Below are positions 20,766 through 30,747 of a stretch of 32,000 bases of DNA, in pieces; the first letter of the stretch is position 1; each line of letters opens with the position of its first letter. The stretch is from NCBI RefSeq assembly GCF_000019345.1, contig NC_010503.1, positions 270,001-302,000 of the forward strand, in the 5' to 3' direction. The notes beneath the pieces were generated by a model, which was not told the origin of the DNA, made no database searches, and saw nothing but the letters and a program-made list of their open reading frames with translations. Position numbers and translations under genes: made by a program. Origin of the DNA: Ureaplasma parvum serovar 3 str. ATCC 27815 (GTDB taxonomy: Bacteria > Bacillota_I > Bacilli_A > Mycoplasmatales > Mycoplasmoidaceae).

Positions 20766-21125
20766 ATGAGTTACATTAACAAACCAGGTAAAACACGCGC
20801 ATGAAGAAAAATGGTGAGTCGTCAACAAGTATCTGATGTTATAAGTCATGGTTCAATTGTGACAACAAAAACAAAAGCAAAAGAATCACAACGTCATGTT
20901 GATCATTTAATCACTCTTGCTAAGAAAAACACACTTGCTTCACGTCGTGCAGCAGCTGCGATTTTATTAGGAACAAATCAACACTCAGCGGATGATTTAT
21001 TACGTAAATTATTTAACGAATTAGGTCCTAAGTATGCTAATCGTGCTGGTGGATACACTCGTGTTATTAAACTTGGTAATCGTCCAGGAGATAATACAGA
21101 AGAAGCTGTTTTACAATTAGTTTAG
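20766..21125 (+). CDS. rplQ: 50S ribosomal protein L17
   Basis: ATG 20766. MSYINKPGKTRAWRKMVSRQQVSDVISHGSIVTTKTKAKE...GGYTRVIKLGNRPGDN. One TGA=Trp lies near the 5' end. Confidence 0.95.
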
Positions 21126-21151
21126 TAAATATTTAATAAAATAGATCAATA

Positions 21152-21187
21152 AAAACCAGTTTTACATTTCGTTTAACTGGTTTTTTA
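21152..21187 (+). terminator. Rho-independent terminator at the end of the ribosomal superoperon
   Basis: 10-bp stem AAAACCAGTT (21152-21161) / AACTGGTTTT (21175-21184) with a 13-nt loop and a T-run. Confidence 0.8.
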
Positions 21188-21391
21188 CTATATAAAATAT
21201 AAATTAATTTATTTACAAACAAAAAACGAAATAAAATTTTAATTATTTTTTATTATATGTTAATTGATTTGTTCCACCTTTTTTTAAAAAAATGATAAAC
21301 AATAATATTTACAAGTAATTTTGTAATTTTGGTCATATATTTTTAATATATTTTATTATTAAGATATACAAAAGTTAGGTTTTATAGACTA

Positions 21392-23257
21392 ATGAATAAA
21401 CAAAAAAGAAAAATCTCAGTATTAACTTCAATATCATTATTTTTAATTATTAGTTTAAGTATTGGGTTAGGTTTGGGATTAATAAAAAATAATGAAAATT
21501 CCATCACTTCTAAAGTTCAAAAAAGTAGCAATTTTTTTATTAATGATTTATCAAAACAATTGTTTTTAGATGTTTTTAATCAAGATAAATTAGAATTAAA
21601 TGCTTATATGTATGATCAAAATAATGTATCAGATCAACAATTATTAGATTTAAAATTTGCTTTAACATTATTAAATCCTAACAGATTAGATATTAATGAT
21701 GACGATACAATTGCCATTATGAAAAATAATGCTAAAAAAATTATTTTTCAAAGTTTATCTAATAATTGATACTGATTATTTACCAATTTAAAGAGTTTAG
21801 AATTTTCTTACACTCCTTATAAACCTAATTTTTATGCCCCCTATATAAATGAAAAACAAGATTTTACTAAATCATCAATTTTTGACAAAGTTATTAATAT
21901 TAATAAACCCTTAACAAATTACATAAAAATTAAGCAAAAATTATTCGATAAAGAAAATTATCGTAGTGTTGATGTTTATTATTTGCAATTTGGTGATCAC
22001 TTAATCTTACGTTTATTAAAATTTAATAAAAAAAATCATTTTGATGTTCGATTTGATACAGATCTTTTTCAATTCAATAAACCAATTATAAATTTGGAAT
22101 TAATAGCAAAAGAAATGCAAACAAGTATTGATTATCATCGAGAAGATAATTTTAAAAAAGATATTTTAGATTATAAAAAAAATTATGAAGATTATTTATA
22201 TTATGATGAAAAGCTTAACTCAAGTATTTATCAACAGGGATTAGATAAAATAAATAAAGAATATTATGAAGTCAATAATTTTAATTTTTTTAATACTAAA
22301 AAACCACTTTTTCAAAAATTTAGTTATCAAATGTTTTTAGAATTAAAAGATAAGTTGGGTTTTAAACGTTATGTTTTAAGAAATATTGATCAAAAAGAAG
22401 TTAGAGCACGTGATCATTTTAATGACAATGAAAAAAAACAACAAAATAAGAATTATTTTAGATCTTTTGATAAAGAATTGAATTATTTTCAAAAATATAT
22501 TGATCATAATTTAGATATTAATATTAATAAAATTTCAAAGGAAGCATATATTACACAAAAAATAATTAAAAATCTTTTATTAGATGCTTTCAATAATAAT
22601 GATGTTCAAATTACAAAATATCTAATTCAACAAAATGATAAGGAATACCAAAATAAATTAATTAAACAATTAATAGAATTTAGTAATTATTTTAAAAACC
22701 AAAAAACACCAAGAGATTCTAATGAATATAAGCAAAAATTAAATGATTATGAAAAAATATTTTCACAAAATTGGTATTTTATTTTAATGAATTTAAAGCA
22801 CTTTGAATTAAGTTTTAATAATTGATTTACTTTACCAAAACAAATAAATCCTATTACTAAAGAGATGTTAGGACCAAGTGAAAAATATTTAAAAAGGTTA
22901 AAAAAACTTAAACCATATGAGGATTATTATTTCATTAATAATTATTTAGAAAAAAAACAAGAAGGAGATACTTCAATGTTGATTGGTTCATTTAAGGATT
23001 TATATATTACAAAAAATCAATCTATTTTTAATATTAAGATCGATTTTTCAAGTAGTGAAAACAGATTAAGTTTAAATCCTTTGATTTATTTTTTTCCTAA
23101 AACTAAAAATAAATTATCAGTTGATTTAATCACATCAATTTTTCATCAAGCTATATTTCACCAAAATAAAGAATACTATCAATTGTTTGAAACTGATATG
23201 ATTGATAAATATGAATATGGTATCCCAGCCCAAATGTTACTTTTATGAAGGGAATAG
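21392..23257 (+). CDS. Membrane-anchored or secreted surface protein of unknown function (621 aa) with two copies of an NW-aromatic...NLK module
   Basis: Track ORFs 21392-21769, 21983-22825 and 22865-23248 are all in one frame. I checked every intervening codon and found only TGA=Trp. N-terminal signal-anchor MNKQKRKISVLTSISLFLIISLSIGLGLGLI has no lipobox Cys. Stop is TAG 23255-23257. Confidence 0.8.
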
Positions 23258-23263
23258 TAATTA

Positions 23264-24559
23264 ATGTTTATTTTTTTTAAAAAAAATCATCTACTAAAAT
23301 TAAGTTTATTTTTTATTCCTCTAACATTAATTTCAATCCTTATCACCTCATGTAGCACATCAAATTTAAAAAAACAACAGATATTAACAAATAATGAAAT
23401 TAGTTTTTTTATGGATAAATCCCAAAATTGTTATGTTGGTTTAATTGTTGATCAGACATTAAAAAATGATAAAAAAACTATTTTTAACGTTAGTTTAATT
23501 GATGAAAAAAATACGAAGTTAAATTTATTAGTTAAAGATTATCAAATTAAAGATAACAAAATTTTAATTAGATTACCGCGTTTAATAAAACTTAATGATC
23601 ATTTAATTATTACAAGCAATAATGCTTCATTCATACCTATTAGAAAAATAATTAATATTGATAATTTAATTGATTTGAATATAATCAGAACAAATAATCA
23701 AACACAAGATTCTTGAATAGCTTTTTTAAATAACAAAGTGATTAATAATCTTTTAATAACTATTTTTCCTAATAAAAAAGACCGTGATGAATATATTAAA
23801 TCACAACAAGAAATTAAAATAGAATATGCTCATGAAATAGCGAATTGATTAAATTATTATAACACAGTGCAAAATGATGCTAATAAAGCAGCAGTATTTA
23901 ATGAAAATACAGCTAGAAGTAAACTTAATAACAATCTTTTTAATAATGTATCATTAAGCAATCCATTTGCTTATGAACAAGCACGTAAGTTTCACAATAC
24001 ATTATTTAATAAAAATTGATTGTGATTTTTATTTAATTTAAAAAGACAAATTTTCATGTTATATCCTGATGATAATTTATTTCAAGAATCGAGCGAGGAA
24101 ACAGCAGAAGGATTAAAAGATTCAAAAATCAATAATCGTAGTTCTTTTTATCGTGCTCAATCGAATGAATTTATTGATGGGTTATATGTTGTAGAAAGTT
24201 CTAATTTAAATAAAAAACCAGAAGAATTAGATGAATATACTGATTTTAGTAAAACAGCTAAATTTACTCTGTTGAATAATGAAGGTTTTGTTTTTACAAT
24301 CTCCATTGAAGAAAATTATGATAAAACCAAAAAACTAATTTCGCGTAAAGTTAGTTTGTTGCCATGAATTAAAACTTTACCAAGATTAATGTTTAATGAT
24401 CATGTAATAAAACAAGAATTTAATTTAGCTAATTATACTGAAAATTCATACGATTACAATGCTGTTAATTTTCATTCACCTCTTGAAATTAAAGTTTATG
24501 AAGATCAATTTGGCGGAAAAGCAATTCGTTTTTCATTTGTTGATATTGATCCTAATTAA
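23264..24559 (+). CDS. Surface lipoprotein of unknown function (431 aa), a partial paralog of the upstream gene
   Basis: MFIFFKKNHLLKLSLFFIPLTLISILITSC contains a lipobox. Track ORFs 23264-23716 and 24056-24367 plus the tail are in one frame, joined through TGA=Trp codons (checked codon by codon). Stop is TAA 24557-24559. Confidence 0.8.
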
Positions 24560-24625
24560 TATGAATTAGAAGTGTTATTTTTATTTCTTTTTATTATAAT
24601 TTAATTAGAAAAGAAGTATAAAAAT

Positions 24626-25033
24626 ATGAACAATTACATACAGCAAGTTATTGATTATGTTAATGATAAAACCTATAAAAATAAGACATATTTTATAAAG
24701 AAATATGCATTTGCTTTTTTGACTTCATTAATAATTTTTATTTTTTTATTAGTATTTGGTTTATCAAATTATTTTAATCCTTTGGTTAGTTTAGTTGGTG
24801 TTGTATTAATTTTTAGTGTTTTAGTTGTCTTTTGTATTCATATAAAAATTATCAATAATTATAGTTTAAATTTATTAAAATGACTACGTAATCAAAAAGA
24901 ATTATCTTATAAGTATATTATTAATATTCTTGATTTTATTTTAAATAAACAATTATATTTAAACTTAACAATTATAGAAGTCCAACAAATTTGCATAGAT
25001 TTGGAAGAATTTAAAAAAACAAATGTCATTTAA
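24626..25033 (+). CDS. Small membrane protein (135 aa, two predicted TM helices), unknown function
   Basis: ATG 24626. Hydrophobic stretches FAFLTSLIIFIFLLVFGL and LVSLVGVVLIFSVLVVFCIHI. One TGA=Trp extends the track ORF to TAA 25031-25033, overlapping the next gene by 11 nt. Confidence 0.65.
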
Positions 25034-25610
25034 AACAATTGCATATACCCAAAAAAATATAAAAATTATTAAAAAATCAAAATTTATAACGATCGTTGAA
25101 CCTATTAGCGATAAAAATGAAGTTCAATCATTATTTAAAAAATATAAAGAACAATATTACGATGCAACGCACATTTGTTTTGCTTATGTGATAGGTCGTG
25201 AATTTAATTATATGAAAGCATATGATGATGGTGAACCAAATGGAACAGCTGGAATACCTATTTTAAATATCATTAAGATCAAATCATTAACCAATGTGAT
25301 TATATTTGTTGTACGTTATTTTGGTGGCATTAAATTAGGCACTGGAGGATTAATTCGTGCTTATTCACAATGTGCTAAAGAAATTATAGATAACTGTGAA
25401 ATAATAATTTTACAAAAATATTTTTACTATAAAGTTGTTTATAAGCTAAAAAATACTAAATTTGCAAAGCAAATTTTAACATCAATTAGTTATGAAAAAC
25501 TAATAGAGAGTTATGAAGATGATAGAGTTATTTTAAAAATCCGAATTAACACCAAAATTAATATATTTATGTCTAAGATTGAATTTATTTTTATAAAACA
25601 TGATTATTAA
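25023..25610 (+). CDS. YigZ/IMPACT-family protein (UPF0029)
   Basis: Family motifs ATHICFAY, DDGEPNGTAGIPIL and VVRYFGGIKLGTGGLIRAYS. Confidence 0.85.
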   Translation: MSFKTIAYTQKNIKIIKKSKFITIVEPISDKNEVQSLFKKYKEQYYDATHICFAYVIGREFNYMKAYDDGEPNGTAGIPILNIIKIKSLTNVIIFVVRYFGGIKLGTGGLIRAYSQCAKEIIDNCEIIILQKYFYYKVVYKLKNTKFAKQILTSISYEKLIESYEDDRVILKIRINTKINIFMSKIEFIFIKHDY

Positions 25611-25617
25611 TAATGTT

Positions 25618-27402
25618 TTACTCTAAAGGATTAGTTAACGCGTATTTTTTACATATTTCACCAATTGTTCTCTCTATTCTAAAAAACAATCTTGCTGTAT
25701 CATATTCATTTTTTAAATGATTAGGAACTTGTTTTGTTAATATAAACATTTCATCACTATTTTTAATTTTTTCACCTTTATCATCTGTTTTATAGTCAGA
25801 ATAATAATAAAAATTATCTCTTTTTTGATTAAAAGGTTCATAGATATTAGTGTAATGATATTTAAAATTATAAAGTTCTTCTAATTTTGAAACATCGTTT
25901 GCTGAATCACTTTTTGATTTAATTTGATCAATAATAGGTTTAATTATCTTTTCTTTATAATATTGAAAAACATCTGGTAATTGATTTAAATAGTAATTAG
26001 ATCAATACATTAATTCACCAAATTCTTCTTGGGGATAAAAACCATAACCAACGGCTTTAATATATGGAACAATTTGCTCAACATCATCTTTGACAACGCT
26101 ATCATAAAATCTAGAAAGTTTTTGATTAGCATTACGTGCTTTTTTCTCAATTTCGTTTGTTAAATCTTTTAATTTTTTAATTAAGAGGTAGTATTTACCT
26201 TTTTTTGAAAGAGAATTAGGATCTATTGATGGTTGTCAATTATCTAACATTGAAGTTTTGGACTTAATAGTAAAAAATAGACCCGAAAAATTGGCTGCGT
26301 CTAAACTATCTCTAATAAGTGCTTGACCATATAATTTTCATTTTTCTATTAATTGTTTTAATTCTAGAGATTTAGTGTTTATAAATTTTTGTTTTGCTAA
26401 ATCTTCAATTTTTAATGCTAATCCATATCAAATAGCAACATTAGTATTATCCATTAAAGTTTGATATATAAACTTTTTACCTAAAATATCTTCTTTTCAT
26501 GTATCTCAAAAATCTTGATTATTTTTGTGGCCATTTTGTTTAATATATTGTGAAACTTTTTTATGTTCTTGGATTTCTCTTTTAATATTATCGATTTTAT
26601 TTTCAATTAATTTTCTGTTTAATATACTCTGTAGTACTGAAGAAATATTTTCATGAAGTTGATTAGCTTCATGAAATAATTCCATAATTTCTCTATTGTA
26701 TAACTTATAATATTCTTCACCATTATCAATTTTTTCAAAATAATTATGTTTTAAATTTTTAACATCAGATTTAATATTTTTGATTTTATTAGCTTCATCA
26801 TTAATTGTTTTTTTATAAAGACCATCGTATGATTCAATCATTTTTTTATATCTTAATTTGATATCATCAATATTTTCATTATCAGGAATTTGATTATAAT
26901 TAGTTAAAATTTCTTCAATATTATTTTTGATATGATCGATATCATGAATAATTTTGTTTTTATTTTTAAAATTTAAAAAATCGGCTTGTCTTTTTTTTAT
27001 TAATTTAACAAAGTTATCAATTTTAATTAATCATGATTCATATTCTTGTGTTTTTTCTTTTAAAAGATAATTAAAATCTTTTATTAATTTATATAATTCA
27101 TAATAAGTAAATGCTAATAATTCATTCTCACTATTTTCATTTAAATTTAAATTCACCAAGTAATTAATATAATTATTGATTATATCTGCTTTATTAAGAA
27201 GATAATTGTATTTATGATTATTTTTAAGAACAAAATCAACTTTAGAACTAGCTTCTTCTTTAATTTTCAAATAAAGATTAAAGAAATTTTTATTGTCTTC
27301 TTTTTTAATTTTTGTTAATGAGCAACTCAAAATTATAGGAATTGGTGTAACTATAACTCCTATAAATGATAATAAAAAAGTTCTTTTAAAATTTATTTTC
27401 AT
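25618..27402 (-). CDS. Large helical lipoprotein of unknown function (594 aa)
   Basis: ATG at 27402. MKINFKRTFLLSFIGVIVTPIPIILSC contains a lipobox. Track ORFs 27031-27402 and 26506-26841 and the region down to 25618 share one frame. Every triplet was checked and the only in-frame stops are TGA=Trp. Stop is TAA (complement of 25618-25620). Confidence 0.8.
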
Positions 27403-27431
27403 AATGTAAAATATCCATTAGTTTTAATATC

Positions 27432-27451
27432 ATATATATATATATATATAT
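27432..27451. repeat. (AT)10 dinucleotide microsatellite
   Basis: Counted directly: 20 nt of alternating A/T, 30-49 nt upstream of the minus-strand lipoprotein start codon (27402). Confidence 0.95.
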
Positions 27452-27570
27452 TAGTTCTTTATATAAATACAGATATTGACTAATATGAATTATATTATAT
27501 TTCTACACAAAAATTCAATTTAAATGTTTATTTAAAGTTAGGTATGAATTTAATAAAATCATTTACCTTT

Positions 27571-27602
27571 TTAAAAAACTAACTTTATTATTAAAGTTAG
27601 TT
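27571..27602 (-). terminator. Rho-independent terminator after the P-type ATPase gene (the hairpin could act in both directions)
   Basis: 10-bp stem AACTAACTTT (27577-27586) / AAAGTTAGTT (27593-27602) with a 6-nt loop. On the minus strand it is followed by TTTTTT, 10 nt after the ATPase stop. Confidence 0.75.
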
Positions 27603-27612
27603 AGGTTTATTT

Positions 27613-30597
27613 TTATATTTCTTTATGGCATTTATTTATTAAAATTTTTCTTTTAATAATTAAATTATTCAACAATGCCTTGTAATACTGTTTTTCATAA
27701 CTAATTTTTGTATTATTAATTTTTAAATTTGTTGATTGTATTTCTTGGTTTAATAATGCATAAGTTTTATTTTTATAATCAAAAGTACTACGTAGTTTTA
27801 AATATCTAAAATATTTGATAATTTCAAAAATACTTAAAGGTATTGCAAAAAGAACAAATGGAAGAATATTAAATCACTCATAACCGTTTATGTTGTATGG
27901 ATTCATATTGAATATTTGATTTAAATGAGGAGTATAAGCGATAACAATAATCATAACTATTGATATTAATATTGAATAAACAACGTATTTACAGTTTTCT
28001 CAAAAATTAACGAATACTGAATGATTTGTTCTTAAGCTTAATGCATTAAACGTTAAGCTCATTCCCATAAAAACAAATGTTAAAGACGAACCAGCCATAA
28101 TCGCTGTTTTTATGGTTAAAATTTTTTCATGAATAATATTGGAAATTTCGTGATTTTGCCCAAATCAACTTCATGTGTCTTGATATATCTTTTCAAGATT
28201 AGTAAGTTCTTTAAACTCGTTTCTCATTAGCATAAAGTCAAAATTAAAGTGTGAAGAAGCTCCTAAATAAAATAATAAAATAGAAATTAAACCAACAAAA
28301 AAACCATTGGTAAAAATAGTAGCTCACATTCTTTTATTAACAATCGGTGCTGATTTTTTTAATGGTTTGTGTCGCATTAAATTAACATCCGCTAAATGTA
28401 ACCCTAATGCTATTCCAGGTAAAGTTTCAGCAATTACATTAATTCATAATATTTGTAGTGATGACATAGGATTAATTCCTAGAATAATAATTCCAAATAT
28501 TAATGAAACTAATCCAGATAAATTAGTGATCAATAATAAAACAATAATACGTTTAATGTTGTCCATAATAGAACGTCCTAAACTAACAGCATTAATAATT
28601 GTTGCGAAATTATCATCAATTAATATCATATCACTTGATGCTTTTGAAACATCAGTTCCAGTTATACCCATTGCGCATCCAATGTCAGCAGCTTTTAGTG
28701 CAGGTGCATCATTGACACCATCTCCAGTCATACTTACTACTTTATCATGGTGCTGTCAAGCTTTAACAATACGGATTTTATCTGTTGGAGAAACTCGGGC
28801 ATAAACACTATAACGATCAATATTATTTATTAATTCATTATCACTCATCATATTCAATTCATTACCATTCAAAACTTCTTGTCCTTCGTTTAAAATACCA
28901 ACTTGTTTAGCAATGGCTGATGCTGTATTAATATGATCGCCAGTAATCATTATCGGACGGATTCCAGCTTTAATAGCAATTTTTACTGCCTCTTGTGTTT
29001 CAGGACGAGGCGGATCTATCATACCGATTAGACCAACAAATTCTAAACATTTTTCAAGTTCATCTTGGTTAAAATTAGTTGGTATAGATGATAGTTTTTT
29101 AATTGCAACACATAAAATTCTTAAAGCTTGTTTACTTAAAAAATCATTTGCTTCATAAACATCTTTTGTAATTGGATTTTGAACAATTTTGTCAATAGCA
29201 TCAATTGCTCCTTTAGTAATTAAATAATAATCACTTTGATGTTTTACAACAACACTCATTAATTTTCGAGTTGAATCAAATGGAAATTCATGAATTCTAA
29301 TAAATTCTTGATCTAATTTATATTTATCTATGTTTAATTTTAAAGCAGCTTCAATGATACAAGTTTCTGTAGGGTCGCCAATAAACTCATATTCTTGTTT
29401 TTTTTCATTAAAATTTTTAATTCCATTATTTGCTATAGTAGCTCATTTAATTAAATTAAAAACACTCTCATTATCAATTAAATCTGTTATTTTTAATTTA
29501 TTAGTGAAAACTTTAGTAACAGTCATTTTGTTTTGTGTTAAGGTTCCTGTTTTATCAGAACAAATAACATTAGCACTTCCTAGAGTTTCAACAGCTGGCA
29601 AACGTTTAATTAAAGCATTTTGTTTTGCCATTTCTTTAATACCGAATGATAAAACAATTGTTACAATTGCCACAATTCCTTCAGGAATAGCTGCTATAGA
29701 TAATGAAATAGCCATTATTAAAGCGGGATGTCAACTAATATTTCAATTTCCATCTCCAATTAAATAAATATAAATAATAAATACTGCAATACATAAAATA
29801 GAAGCAAATAGACCTATAATTTTAGATAACTTATTAATTTTTTTTTGTAAAGGCGTTAATTTAGTTTTTTGATCATTAATTAATTTGGCTATTTTACCAA
29901 TTTCAGTATTCATACCGATATTAGTAACAATTGCTTTTGCTGTTCCATTAGTAATATATGTTCCAGAAAAAATTTGATTTAAACAGTCGCCAATTACTGT
30001 ATTTTTTTTAACAATTGCCTTGGCATTTTTTACAACTGGTAAAGATTCTCCTGTTAAAATAGCTTCATCTACTTCAAGTGATGAGCTGTTCACTAATAAA
30101 GCATCAGCTGGGACTTGATCACCAGCTTCTAAAATCAAAACATCACCCATTACAACTTGGTTAGAATTAATAATTCTAATTTGATTATTACGTAATACTT
30201 TGACCTGATGAGACGCTAATTTAGACAATGCATCCGTATTTTTTTCAGCTTTCACTTCTTGAATGGTACCAAAAATTGCATTTAACAATAAAATAAAACA
30301 TATTATTCCAAATTCTACATATTGAACAACTAATTCAGCTGTATCATGAGGAGGTTTAATAATCACTAAAGCTAAAGTAACAGCAGCAGCGATTACAAGT
30401 AAAATAACCATAAAATCTAAAAACTGCTTTAAAAATTTTGTAATAATGTGGGATTTTTTTTTCTTTTTGATTTCATTAAAACCATAAATTTGACGACTTT
30501 TTAAAACCTGCTCATCATTTAGACCTGTTGATGGATTTATATTTTCTGGATCAAATGACATAAAGGAGTCGGTTTGATTTTCATTATTTTTTTTCAC
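27613..30597 (-). CDS. Cation-transporting P-type ATPase, type II (Ca2+/Mg2+-like), 994 aa
   Basis: GTG start (complement of 30595-30597) lies 6 nt after GGAGG. Motifs [38 protein letters not shown] and [12 protein letters not shown] are present. Track ORFs 29743-30597, 29443-29715, 28756-29259 and 28444-28731 plus the C-terminal TM region share one frame joined through TGA=Trp (checked triplet by triplet). Stop is TAA (complement of 27613-27615). Confidence 0.9.
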
Positions 30598-30747
30598 TTA
30601 AAACCTCCATTGGTTTTTAAATTAAACTATAAGAAAATTATTAAAATTTAACTTAGTCATTTATTATAATATATAACTGTATGACTAAATATTATATTTA
30701 ATAATGTCAATTAAGTAAATAAAAAGTAATTTTTTTTAGGGGTAGTT

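Noticed and set aside
21188-21391. Possible small RNA, tRNA or mobile-element remnant in the long intergenic regions (21188-21391, 27403-27612, 4246-4442)
   Set aside because: I saw no cloverleaf-compatible stems, GC-rich helices, terminal inverted repeats or direct-repeat arrays. These regions look like promoter and leader DNA. A covariance-model scan would be needed to exclude sRNAs.
25601-25620. Palindrome ATTATTAATAAT between the convergent yigZ-like and lipoprotein genes
   Set aside because: It is formed trivially by the two facing stop codons (TAA / TTA) in AT-rich sequence. The stem is too short and weak to call a bidirectional terminator.
28307-29767. Plus-strand ORFs 28307..28804 (165 aa) and 29330..29767 (145 aa)
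   Set aside because: Both lie antisense to the well-supported P-type ATPase gene, whose catalytic motifs are encoded on the minus strand. Their products are low-complexity hydrophobic strings typical of antisense read-through in AT-rich DNA.
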